Below, piece after piece: positions 1 through 7,725 of a stretch of DNA of 18,509 nucleotides. A model generated the notes under the pieces. That model was not told the DNA's origin. It was given only the letters and a program-made list of their open reading frames with translations, and did no database searches. Within the stretch, counting starts at the first letter, position 1; every line of letters begins with the position of its first letter. Location of the stretch: positions 1 through 18,509 of the forward strand of contig CAZJUB010000052.1 in the NCBI GenBank assembly GCA_964549075.1. The letters are read 5' to 3'. The stretch comes from an uncultured archaeon. Lineage in GTDB: Archaea > Asgardarchaeota > Heimdallarchaeia > Heimdallarchaeales > Heimdallarchaeaceae. Position numbers and translations under genes: made by a program.

Positions 1-2
1 CA

Positions 3-1050
3 GGAATACCCTTAGTTAAATCGTCTTTCACCACTTCAACAGGTAAAGTACTTGAAGGAAAATGGGAATTACCTGAATCTTTACAAGATGAAACAGGAAT
101 AATTTTCGCTTCAGCCTTTCCAGGATATGATAATTTAATAAAAGAAATTCAAGAGTATCAAGCTCTGGAAAATGACAAACAATTCAGTAGAAACTTCCTT
201 TTTAAAATTCTGTCTATGGGACATTCACAGTTTGCTCAACTCATCAAAGCAAAAGGACCTAACACTCAAATTAATGCTGCTTGCGCTTCTACAACTCAAG
301 CAGTTGGTATTGCAGAAGATTGGATTAGGACTGGACGATGTAATAGAGTAATTGTAATAGCAGCAGATGATGCTTCAAGTGAACATCTATTACCTTGGAT
401 TGGATCTGGTTTTCTGGTTGCTGGTGGAGTCACAACAGAAGAAGAAGTTCAAAACGCTGCTCTTCCATTTGGTAAAAATAGACATGGATTAATTATCGGA
501 GCTGCAGCTGCTGCATTAGTTCTTGAAAATGAAGATTCATATAAAAAGAGGGGAACAAAGCCAATTGTTGATTTATTGGGCTCTTCATTTGTAAACAGCG
601 GTTTTCATGGTTCAAGACTAGATGTTTCACATATTTCTGATGTTTTCCAAAAATTCATTGAAAGAATAGAGAAAGAGTATAACATTCCAAGAGAAGAACT
701 CGCAAGAGATGGTATATTTGTCTCGCATGAAACCTACACTCCTGCACGAGGAGGAAGTGCTGAATCTGAGATAGAAGCATTAAGAAGAGTGTTTGGAAAG
801 GATGCTAATAAAATTACAATTGTTAATACAAAAGGTTTTACCGGACATGCAATGGGAGCTGGACTTGAAGAATGTGTAGCAATAAAAGCTATGGAAAAAG
901 GAAAGATTCCACCAATAGCAAATTTTGATAAGATTGATCCTCTTTTCTCAGATTTAAAATTCTCTAAAGGAGAAGATAGAAGAGTAAAATATGCAATACG
1001 CTTAGCAGCTGGTTTTGGATCACAAGTCGCTTTTACAGCTTTTAGATTAA
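3..1050 (+). other. Ketosynthase domain (C-terminal part) with intact Cys-His-His triad
   Basis: Cys codon 282-284 (NAACAS), His 726-728 (SHETYT), His 846-848 (TGHAMG). The closing AAGFGSQVA motif corresponds to SFGFGG of FabF/FabB. Boundaries approximate. Confidence 0.9.
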
Positions 1051-4000
1051 ATACTTACGAAGATAGATTTGATGTAATTCTTCACGAAGAATGGTTAAAT
1101 CAATTAGGAGGTTCAATAGCTAGTATTTTCCAAGATGGTCGAGTTCTCAAAATGAACATCACACACAAGATTCCAGAAACTACTGAAATTATTTCTCAAA
1201 TTCCTTCCACAAAACCAGTTACCTCTACAGAAATTCTCTCAAGTGTCATCTCAATAATTTCTGAGACAACAGGTTATGAACCTAATCTAGTCGAAGCAGA
1301 AATGCATCTAGAAGAAGATTTGGGAATTGATACAGTTAAACAAGCTGAAATTTTTGGGATTCTCAGAGAAAAATGGAATTTGAGTTTAGATGATTCACTA
1401 AGTCTTGCTGAATTTACAACTCCGTTAAAAATTGCAGAATACATTCAGATGAATGCACAAAATGTAAAAATTTCTACAAGTGCTTCAACTAAAACAACAT
1501 CTTCTAACAAATCAGATTTGGCAAACAAAATACGAGAAGTTATCTCGGAAACTACTGGATATGATCAAGATTTGATAGAATTTGATATGGATTTGGAAGA
1601 GGATTTAGGTATAGATACAATTAAACAAGCAGAGATTTTTGGAGATATAAGAGAAATATTTGATCTCCCAATAGATGATACTGTTAGTCTAGCTGAATTT
1701 CGTACTATAACTGATATTACCAACTATGTAGTAGAAACTATCGGTGATAATCAGCAGATTGAAGTAATATCTGATGAGAAATCTGTAGAAAAAACTGAAG
1801 TTAAAGAAGAAGAACAGGATGAAGATTCGGTAAGAGTAGATAGGTTGATAACACTACCAAAACCTCTAGACAAACATATTGCAGAGAAAATCAAAATAAA
1901 AGAGACCTCTGCTCTTATAATAAACATTAATTCATCATTACAGAAAGAGCTTTCTGCAGAATTAGAAAACAAATTTGCTTCTATTAAAAGTTTTGATTTA
2001 CTAAAAGAACAAATTTCCACATTTGAAGGGAATCAGTTTGGTTTTTACATAGTTTTAGTTCCTGATTTCAGAGAAAAACAAGGACAAGAAGATCAAGAGA
2101 TTTACAGGCAATTATTCTCTCTCTTTCAACAGCTTGAACTCGATACTAACAAGAAAATTCTTGCTATTTCGAATGAGAATTTCTTTGGTCATATTGACTC
2201 TGCTAATCCTATTTCTGGAGGTATCTCTGGATTCATTAAAACACTTGGTATTGAATTTGAAATGAAGTATAAACATGTCTATTCTGATAAAGTTCCAGAA
2301 ATCGTTCAAGAGTTAGAATTTTGGGATGATAGTTCAGAAATTGCTTATTACAAGAAAAATCGTTTCGCTTTATCAAATCTTAACATTAGTAAATCGCTCA
2401 CTCAGTCTTCTAAAATTGATATAAAAGAAAATGATTTGTTATTAGTATCAGGTGGAGGACGAGGAATTACCTATAAATGTCTTGAATCTTTGAGTTCTAT
2501 TATTAAACCTAAAGTAGCTATCTTAGGTCTTGAAGATATTTCTGAAATAACACCTGAAATGTTAATTTGGTCAGAAAGTGATTTGGTTAGAAGAAAAGAA
2601 GAACTTATAGAACAAATGAAAGAAACAGAAGAGAAGTTAACTCCAGTTTTAATTGAGAAACAATGGAGTAAATTCCTCTTCAATCTCGAAGTTTATCGTA
2701 ATTTAGAGAAACTTAGAAAAATGAAAATACAAGTAGAATATAGAAGTGTAGATGTTACAAAAAAAGAGGCTGTTGAAAACGCTATAAAGGATGTTGAAAA
2801 GCATTTTAACACTTCAATCACACACATCGTACACGGTGCTGGACTTGAAGAATCAAAGTCTTTTAAAAAGAAGAACATAGATTTTTCAAATCTCATTGTT
2901 GCTGTAAAAGTTCAAGGTATTTGGAACATTCTTAACTCAATAAACATGAATAAACTCAAGCGTGTTATCTGTTTTACTTCTATTGCTGGAAGATATGGTA
3001 ACCGAGGTCAAGTTGATTATTCTTTTGCAAATGGTTATCTTGCAAGATTATGTTGGATGTTAAATCAAAAAGGAATATCATCTCTTGCATGTGATTGGTC
3101 AGCTTGGGGAGGTGTGGGTATGGCAACTCGTGGATCTATAATGGATATTCTAACTTCTCAAGGAATTCATCCAATCTCATTAGAGCAAGGAACTGATATT
3201 TTTGTAAGATTATTCCTTAACACAATAGGAAGCGAAGTCATTGTTTCTTGTGGTTTGGGACCGTTTGAACAAATGAATGAAGTTAAGGCAAAATTAAATG
3301 AAAATCAATACCCAATGTTAGAAAGTTATGAGTATGCGAATTCAGAGTTCCAAGTAAAGAAAACTCTCTCTGTTACTACTGATTTATATCTACGAGATCA
3401 TCAGATACAGCAGACTCCTATCTTTCCAGCTGTAATGGGAATCGAAATGTTTGCAGAGTGTATTGATTTCATAAATAAGACAAAACCAACTGCTTTCAGT
3501 GATCTTGAGTTCAACACTGCTTTGAAGATTCATCCAGATAAATCAAAAGAAATCAAAGTTCTGTATAAACCAGAGACCGAAGAATTATTTCTTAAATCAG
3601 AATTTGTAGCAAAAATAATTCCAAGTAACAAAAGAGAAATCGAACACTTCAAAGGTAAAGTTGCACATATTACTAAAACAAACAAATCTAAACCTACCTC
3701 TTCAGAAATACGAGACTCGAATATTGATTTATTGTCAAAAGAAGATATTTATTCCTTCTTCTTCCATGGTAAAAGCTTTCAGGTGTTAGAATGTTTAAAG
3801 GAACTAAATGGAAGCCAAGCTATAACAAAAATAAAATTATCCAAGAGTAAACTTTTTTCAAATACAAAAAATAAAACTCTTCTGAATCCTCTTGCAATAG
3901 AAGCAGCTTTACAAACATCAGGATTATACGATTATATCGTCAATAATAAAACATCACTTCCTTCACGAATAGATTATTTGAAAATATACAATACAAAGAA

Positions 4001-4889
4001 ACCAAAATATATTGTTTCTAAATTCAGAGAAATAACAAACACTCATAGTATTTTTGATGTAGAAGTTTTAGACCAGAGTAGCAAAATTATCTTATCTATA
4101 TCTGGTTTAAGTATGATTCATACACAATTCTCCTTTAATGAGACTTCAAAATTACAGGAAAAGTTGGAATCAACACTACAATATTGGAATATATCTAATT
4201 CTTTGAGTAGTGAAAATTTCAGAATAATTCCAGTAAGTGTTGTATCTACTTTCTCTCAAGGAGATAAATCAATTATATCTGCATATCTGACAGAAAATGA
4301 AAAGACCAAATATGATGAAATTAAAAATCCTAAAAGAAAAACAGAATATCTTTCTGGAATAATAGCTTCTAAGGAGCTATACTCTAAATTGCAAAACAAA
4401 AGCTTCAAATTAAAGAATATTGAAATCAGAAAGGAAAAGAAAGGTCAACCTTATTTCTTTGATCTTAAATCAAAGAAAAGAAGTGATTTACATTTATCAA
4501 TTACTCATTCAGGTGATTTTGCTATTGCAGCAATTGATAAAACACCTATAGGAGTTGATTTAGAGCAAATTGAAGAAAGAAGTGAATCTTTCTATAAAGA
4601 AGCTTTTACTGAAAAAGAAAGGAATGAAATTTCTTTAAATGCAGAAAAAGGAACAATTTATTGGACTATCAAAGAAGCGATAACTAAAGCTTTAGGAGAA
4701 GGCTTGCATCTGAACCTTCATGATATTGAAATATCAGAAAATCAAGAAAAATCTTCATACACAATTGGTTTCTCTTCAAAGATTGCTGAAACAGTCCCTT
4801 ATAGTCCTGAAGAATTTGAGATTACAAATAAAAGTTTCCAGAATTATACTATAAGTTACTGCCAGATAAAGAAGGAGGAAACTAAATGA
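3..4889 (+). CDS. Large type I polyketide/fatty-acid synthase-like multidomain protein, 5'-truncated by the window (visible: KS-ACP-ACP-KR-DH-PPTase)
   Basis: The frame is open from base 3 (GIPLVKSSF...WELPESLQDETGIIFASAFPG...FLFKILSMGHSQ), so Met216 in the ORF track is internal. KS motifs: NAACAS, SHETYT, KGFTGHAMG, AAGFG. Two ACP repeats (EEDLGIDT). KR motifs: SGGGRGI and DYSFAN. DH motifs: DHQIQQTPIFP and FHGKSFQ. PPTase motifs: SITHS, GVDLE, WTIKEA. Confidence 0.93.
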   Translation, partial: GIPLVKSSFTTSTGKVLEGKWELPESLQDETGIIFASAFPGYDNLIKEIQEYQALENDKQFSRNFLFKILSMGHSQFAQLIKAKGPNTQINAACASTTQAVGIAEDWIRTGRCNRVIVIAADDASSEHLLPWIGSGFLVAGGVTTEEEVQNAALPFGKNRHGLIIGAAAAALVLENEDSYKKRGTKPIVDLLGSSFVNSGFHGSRLDVSHISDVFQKFIERIEKEYNIPREELARDGIFVSHETYTPARGGSAESEIEALRRVFGKDANKITIVNTKGFTGHAMGAGLEECVAIKAMEKGKIPPIANFDKIDPLFSDLKFSKGEDRRVKYAIRLAAGFGSQVAFTAFRLNTYEDRFDVILHEEWLNQLGGSIASIFQDGRVLKMNITHKIPETTEIISQIPSTKPVTSTEILSSVISIISETTGYEPNLVEAEMHLEEDLGIDTVKQAEIFGILREKWNLSLDDSLSLAEFTTPLKIAEYIQMNAQNVKISTSASTKTTSSNKSDLANKIREVISETTGYDQDLIEFDMDLEEDLGIDTIKQAEIFGDIREIFDLPIDDTVSLAEFRTITDITNYVVETIGDNQQIEVISDEKSVEKTEVKEEEQDEDSVRVDRLITLPKPLDKHIAEKIKIKETSALIININSSLQKELSAELENKFASIKSFDLLKEQISTFEGNQFGFYIVLVPDFREKQGQEDQEIYRQLFSLFQQLELDTNKKILAISNENFFGHIDSANPISGGISGFIKTLGIEFEMKYKHVYSDKVPEIVQELEFWDDSSEIAYYKKNRFALSNLNISKSLTQSSKIDIKENDLLLVSGGGRGITYKCLESLSSIIKPKVAILGLEDISEITPEMLIWSESDLVRRKEELIEQMKETEEKLTPVLIEKQWSKFLFNLEVYRNLEKLRKMKIQVEYRSVDVTKKEAVENAIKDVEKHFNTSITHIVHGAGLEESKSFKKKNIDFSNLIVAVKVQGIWNILNSINMNKLKRVICFTSIAGRYGNRGQVDYSFANGYLARLCWMLNQKGISSLACDWSAWGGVGMATRGSIMDILTSQGIHPISLEQGTDIFVRLFLNTIGSEVIVSCGLGPFEQMNEVKAKLNENQYPMLESYEYANSEFQVKKTLSVTTDLYLRDHQIQQTPIFPAVMGIEMFAECIDFINKTKPTAFSDLEFNTALKIHPDKSKEIKVLYKPETEELFLKSEFVAKIIPSNKREIEHFKGKVAHITKTNKSKPTSSEIRDSNIDLLSKEDIYSFFFHGKSFQVLECLKELNGSQAITKIKLSKSKLFSNTKNKTLLNPLAIEAALQTSGLYDYIVNNKTSLPSRIDYLKIYNTKKPKYIVSKFREITNTHSIFDVEVLDQSSKIILSISGLSMIHTQFSFNETSKLQEKLESTLQYWNISNSLSSENFRIIPVSVVSTFSQGDKSIISAYLTENEKTKYDEIKNPKRKTEYLSGIIASKELYSKLQNKSFKLKNIEIRKEKKGQPYFFDLKSKKRSDLHLSITHSGDFAIAAIDKTPIGVDLEQIEERSESFYKEAFTEKERNEISLNAEKGTIYWTIKEAITKALGEGLHLNLHDIEISENQEKSSYTIGFSSKIAETVPYSPEEFEITNKSFQNYTISYCQIKKEETK
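1221..1740 (+). repeat. Two tandem acyl-carrier-protein domains (about 1221-1455 and 1512-1740)
   Basis: ISETTGYEPNLVEAEMHLEEDLGIDTVKQAEIFG...SLAEF versus ISETTGYDQDLIEFDMDLEEDLGIDTIKQAEIFG...SLAEF, joined by a Ser/Thr-rich linker. Resembles PfaA-type tandem ACPs. Confidence 0.88.
2430..3260 (+). other. Ketoreductase (PfaA/PKS-type SDR) catalytic domain
   Basis: LLVSGGGRGIT Rossmann motif, HGAG, FTSIAGRYGNRGQVDYSFAN (Tyr 3018-3020, YxxxN), WSAW-GGVGM. Boundaries approximate. Confidence 0.9.
3310..4125 (+). other. Double hot-dog dehydratase (PKS DH-like) domain
   Basis: YLRDHQIQQTPIFPAVMGIE (His 3399-3401), FFHGKSFQVL, LNPLAIEAALQ, LPSRID. Boundaries approximate. Confidence 0.8.
4270..4880 (+). 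other. C-terminal fused 4'-phosphopantetheinyl transferase (Sfp-like)
   Basis: YLTENE...KRKTEYLSGIIASKE, KGQP, LSITHSG, IGVDLE (GVDLE at 4551-4565), FTEKE, YWTIKEAITKALGEG. Confidence 0.9.
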
Positions 4890-5650
4890 AAATAGAGCCT
4901 ACTGATATAAATTTCAGACAAGAAACTATTAATGGTGTTTTATATCTCCCAGAGACTATAAAATCTGCACCATTAGTTGTTCATTTAAATGGTATGCCAG
5001 GATTGGAACCAGAGAAGGAAGGCGAAAGATATGCTGAAGATTTAGTAAGTAATGGAATTGCCTATTATGCATTTGATTATACAGGTGTAAGAAATAGTAC
5101 TGGGGTGTTTGGATATTATTATTCACAAGAGAATATCAGTAAGATTCTATCTTATTTAGTCCATCACTCAAAAATAGAACCAACAAAAATAGCAATTCTT
5201 GGAGAAAGCTTTGGGGGAGCTATGGGAATATCTCATACTGCAAGAGATAAAAGAATAAAATGTCTAGCAGTCAGATCTCCTGTATATGATACAGATAAAG
5301 TTGCAAAATTGAAAATATTCGATGGACTATCGCAATTGTGGAAAAGAAGCAAACAAATGAGGTTTCCTGAAGTAAATTTAAAAAAATGGTTTCTACAACA
5401 AACTTCTCAGTATAATCCAGCAAAGCTTATTCAGAGTATACACTGTCCTATTAGAGTAATTACTGGAACAAAAGATGAGATTCTTTCTGTGGATCAAATC
5501 AAAAAACTCTATAGCCAACTACCTGCTGATACTGAAAAAGAACTTAAAATAATTGAGAATGCTGACCACAATTTTTCAGATCTTAAACACTTTGAAATTA
5601 TGAAAAAATATGTTGTCCAATTCTTTAAAGAATCACTCATCGCAGCTTAA
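4886..5650 (+). CDS. Alpha/beta-fold serine hydrolase; candidate thioesterase for the upstream synthase
   Basis: NGMPG oxyanion region, GESFG nucleophile elbow (Ser 5207-5209), GTKDE Asp, ADHNF His. ATGA overlap with the synthase stop and AAGGAGG at 4872-4878. The thioesterase role is inferred from context only. Confidence 0.85.
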   Translation: MKIEPTDINFRQETINGVLYLPETIKSAPLVVHLNGMPGLEPEKEGERYAEDLVSNGIAYYAFDYTGVRNSTGVFGYYYSQENISKILSYLVHHSKIEPTKIAILGESFGGAMGISHTARDKRIKCLAVRSPVYDTDKVAKLKIFDGLSQLWKRSKQMRFPEVNLKKWFLQQTSQYNPAKLIQSIHCPIRVITGTKDEILSVDQIKKLYSQLPADTEKELKIIENADHNFSDLKHFEIMKKYVVQFFKESLIAA

Positions 5651-6126
5651 GACTGTATGATGAGTAATTTTTGATCCTGTTCAACATTATCATTTTCTTT
5701 TACTTCAATTTGGACAATTTCTCCATCATCAGGTGCAAATATCCTATTCCGCATTTTCATTGCTTCAAGAATAAGAAGTTCTTGATCTTTGGACACACTT
5801 TGACCTTGTTTGACAAGTATTTTTGTTATTTTACCAGGTATAGGAGCTATAACTTTGATCTCACGTTTAGCAATTTCTGAAGACTTCTTACTCAAAACTG
5901 GAATATATGGTTTAATTGTAAATTCTGTTTTTTCTCCATCTATTAAGAATTCATCATTTGATATCTCTATAGTAAATCTTGTACCATCAACATCAACTTT
6001 ATAGATAGCATTTATCCCTTGTTTTATTTCTGCAGTAAAAAGCTCCCCATCAACATTAATGTCACCGTTAGAGAGTAACTCAATAATGTAATCTCTATCT
6101 TTGAATCTAACCTTTTTCTTTGTCAT
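5647..6126 (-). CDS. Biotin carboxyl carrier protein of an acyl-CoA carboxylase
   Basis: VIAPIPGKI...LEAMKMRNRI biotinylation motif. ATG at 6126 with AAGGTG upstream is preferred over GTG at 6135. Confidence 0.92.
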   Translation of the reverse strand: MTKKKVRFKDRDYIIELLSNGDINVDGELFTAEIKQGINAIYKVDVDGTRFTIEISNDEFLIDGEKTEFTIKPYIPVLSKKSSEIAKREIKVIAPIPGKITKILVKQGQSVSKDQELLILEAMKMRNRIFAPDDGEIVQIEVKENDNVEQDQKLLIIQS

Positions 6127-6137
6127 AGGTGGCACCT

Positions 6138-7640
6138 TTAAAGATAACCTTTTTGTTGTTCAAATTTACTCTGTTCTCGCCACCTATTGAAATTTTCTGG
6201 TTTATCATGCACGACCAAAATATCATTTTCTTGTGATTCTTTGTGAGTAGAATATGCTTTAAACAAAGCTACTAGTCTCAGTTTTTCGTAATGGTTGAGA
6301 ATCTCATTAATTTTATTGTGTTTTAGAAATTCTGTTGTAATTTTTCTTTTCAAAAATTCTGGTGTCTCTATTATAGCTTTGTGGAGTGATATATTTGTTA
6401 TTAATCCAGAAATCGCTAATTCATTCAATGCTAATTTTGATTTTTGAATTGCATCTTGTCGATTCTCTCCTTTAACTATAAGCTTACCAACTAAAGAATC
6501 ATATTGATTTGGTAAAATATAATTAGGATAAACAAAAGTATCAAATCTCACTTCATTCCCACCAGGTATATTCACCCCTGATATCTTTCCTGATTGGGGG
6601 TAGAAAGCTTTCAAAGGATCTTCTGCGTTTATTCTGAACTCAAAAGCATGACCAGAGAACTTTATGTCTTTCTGAGTATAAGTTAATTCTTCATTATTTG
6701 CAATCTTAAGTTGTTGAACGACGATATCTATCCCCGTAATCATTTCTGAAACGGGATGTTCAACTTGAATTCTTGGATTTATTTCATTGAAATAGAGTTT
6801 ATTATTTTTCCAAAGAAATTCAGCTGTTCCAGCATTTCTATAAGAGATATTTTTTGCTAAATTACAGATTTTTTCTCCTAAAATTTCTCTCTTTCTGGCT
6901 GTAATAAAGGATGGTGCTTCTTCAATGATTTTCTGATGTATTCTTTGTATCGAGCATTCACGATCGCCTAAATGGATAACATTTCCGTAATTATCAGCAA
7001 GAAATTGAATCTCGATGTGCCTTGGAGATTGAATGAATTTTTCAATAAACACTTCTTTTCTCCCAAAGAATTTTTTAGCAATAGATTGACATCCCATTAA
7101 ACTGATTTCTAAACTCTCTGGATTTTCAACAATTTCCATTCCTCTACCCCCTCCACCAAATGCTGCCTTTATTATAATAGGATATCCAATTTTTAATGCG
7201 ATTTTTTCTGCTTCTTCAACAGAATCTATATACCCAAGAGAACCTGGAACTGTTTGAATGCCCACTTCTCTTGCCATTTGTTTAGCTTCAATTTTATCTC
7301 CAAGTTTTTTAATCACCGAAGGTGAAGGTCCAATGAAAATCATTCCATTTTTTTCTACTTCATCAGCAAAAATTGCACTTTCACTTAAAAATCCATAACC
7401 TGGATGAATAGCATCAGTATTAGACTCTGTTGCAATATTGATTATCTTTTCTGTGTTTAAGTAAGTATCTTCAACAGAACCATTTCCTAAACAATAAGCT
7501 TCATCTGCCATTCTTACATGAAGAGCAGAAGAATCTGTATCAGAAAAAATAGCTACAGTTTTGAAATCAAGTAATCTACAAGCTCTAATAATTCGAATTG
7601 CTATTTCACCACGATTTGCAATAAGAACTGTAGAGAGCAT
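6138..7640 (-). CDS. accC: Biotin carboxylase subunit (acetyl/propionyl-CoA carboxylase, AccC/PccA-like)
   Basis: VLIANRGEIA, IHPGYGFLSE, KAAFGGGGRGM, RECSIQR, EINPRIQVEH, RINAEDP, YDSLVGKLIV. ATG at 7640 is preferred over TTG at 7646. Substrate specificity is not determinable. Confidence 0.93.
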   Translation of the reverse strand: MLSTVLIANRGEIAIRIIRACRLLDFKTVAIFSDTDSSALHVRMADEAYCLGNGSVEDTYLNTEKIINIATESNTDAIHPGYGFLSESAIFADEVEKNGMIFIGPSPSVIKKLGDKIEAKQMAREVGIQTVPGSLGYIDSVEEAEKIALKIGYPIIIKAAFGGGGRGMEIVENPESLEISLMGCQSIAKKFFGRKEVFIEKFIQSPRHIEIQFLADNYGNVIHLGDRECSIQRIHQKIIEEAPSFITARKREILGEKICNLAKNISYRNAGTAEFLWKNNKLYFNEINPRIQVEHPVSEMITGIDIVVQQLKIANNEELTYTQKDIKFSGHAFEFRINAEDPLKAFYPQSGKISGVNIPGGNEVRFDTFVYPNYILPNQYDSLVGKLIVKGENRQDAIQKSKLALNELAISGLITNISLHKAIIETPEFLKRKITTEFLKHNKINEILNHYEKLRLVALFKAYSTHKESQENDILVVHDKPENFNRWREQSKFEQQKGYL

Positions 7641-7662
7641 GGACAATATTTACTTGGGCATT

Positions 7663-7678
7663 TATTTAAAGGCTTTTT
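7663..7678 (-). promoter_or_regulatory. Archaeal BRE/TATA promoter for the biotin carboxylase-BCCP operon, probably leaderless
   Basis: The minus strand reads AAAAAGCC-TTTAAATA, with the TATA box 30-23 nt upstream of ATG 7640. Confidence 0.6.
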
Positions 7679-7725
7679 TATTTTATATCAGCAAAATATC
7701 TTAGAACTTGTAAAACCGAAGAATC

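Noticed and set aside
216-218. ATG 216 as the start of the synthase
   Set aside because: The frame is open and KS-like back to base 3; the true start lies upstream of the window.
1751-2896. Four short minus-strand ORFs (1751-2020, 2112-2309, 2471-2683, 2693-2896)
   Set aside because: Antisense shadows of the synthase with no recognisable motifs.
3-4889. Calling the synthase pfaA or pksE
   Set aside because: The domain order (no AT between KS and ACP), KS motifs and Thr-ACPs differ, and no pfaB/C/D or enediyne cassette genes are visible.
5671-6004. Short plus-strand ORFs 5671-5880 and 5810-6004
   Set aside because: Antisense to the clearly identified BCCP gene.
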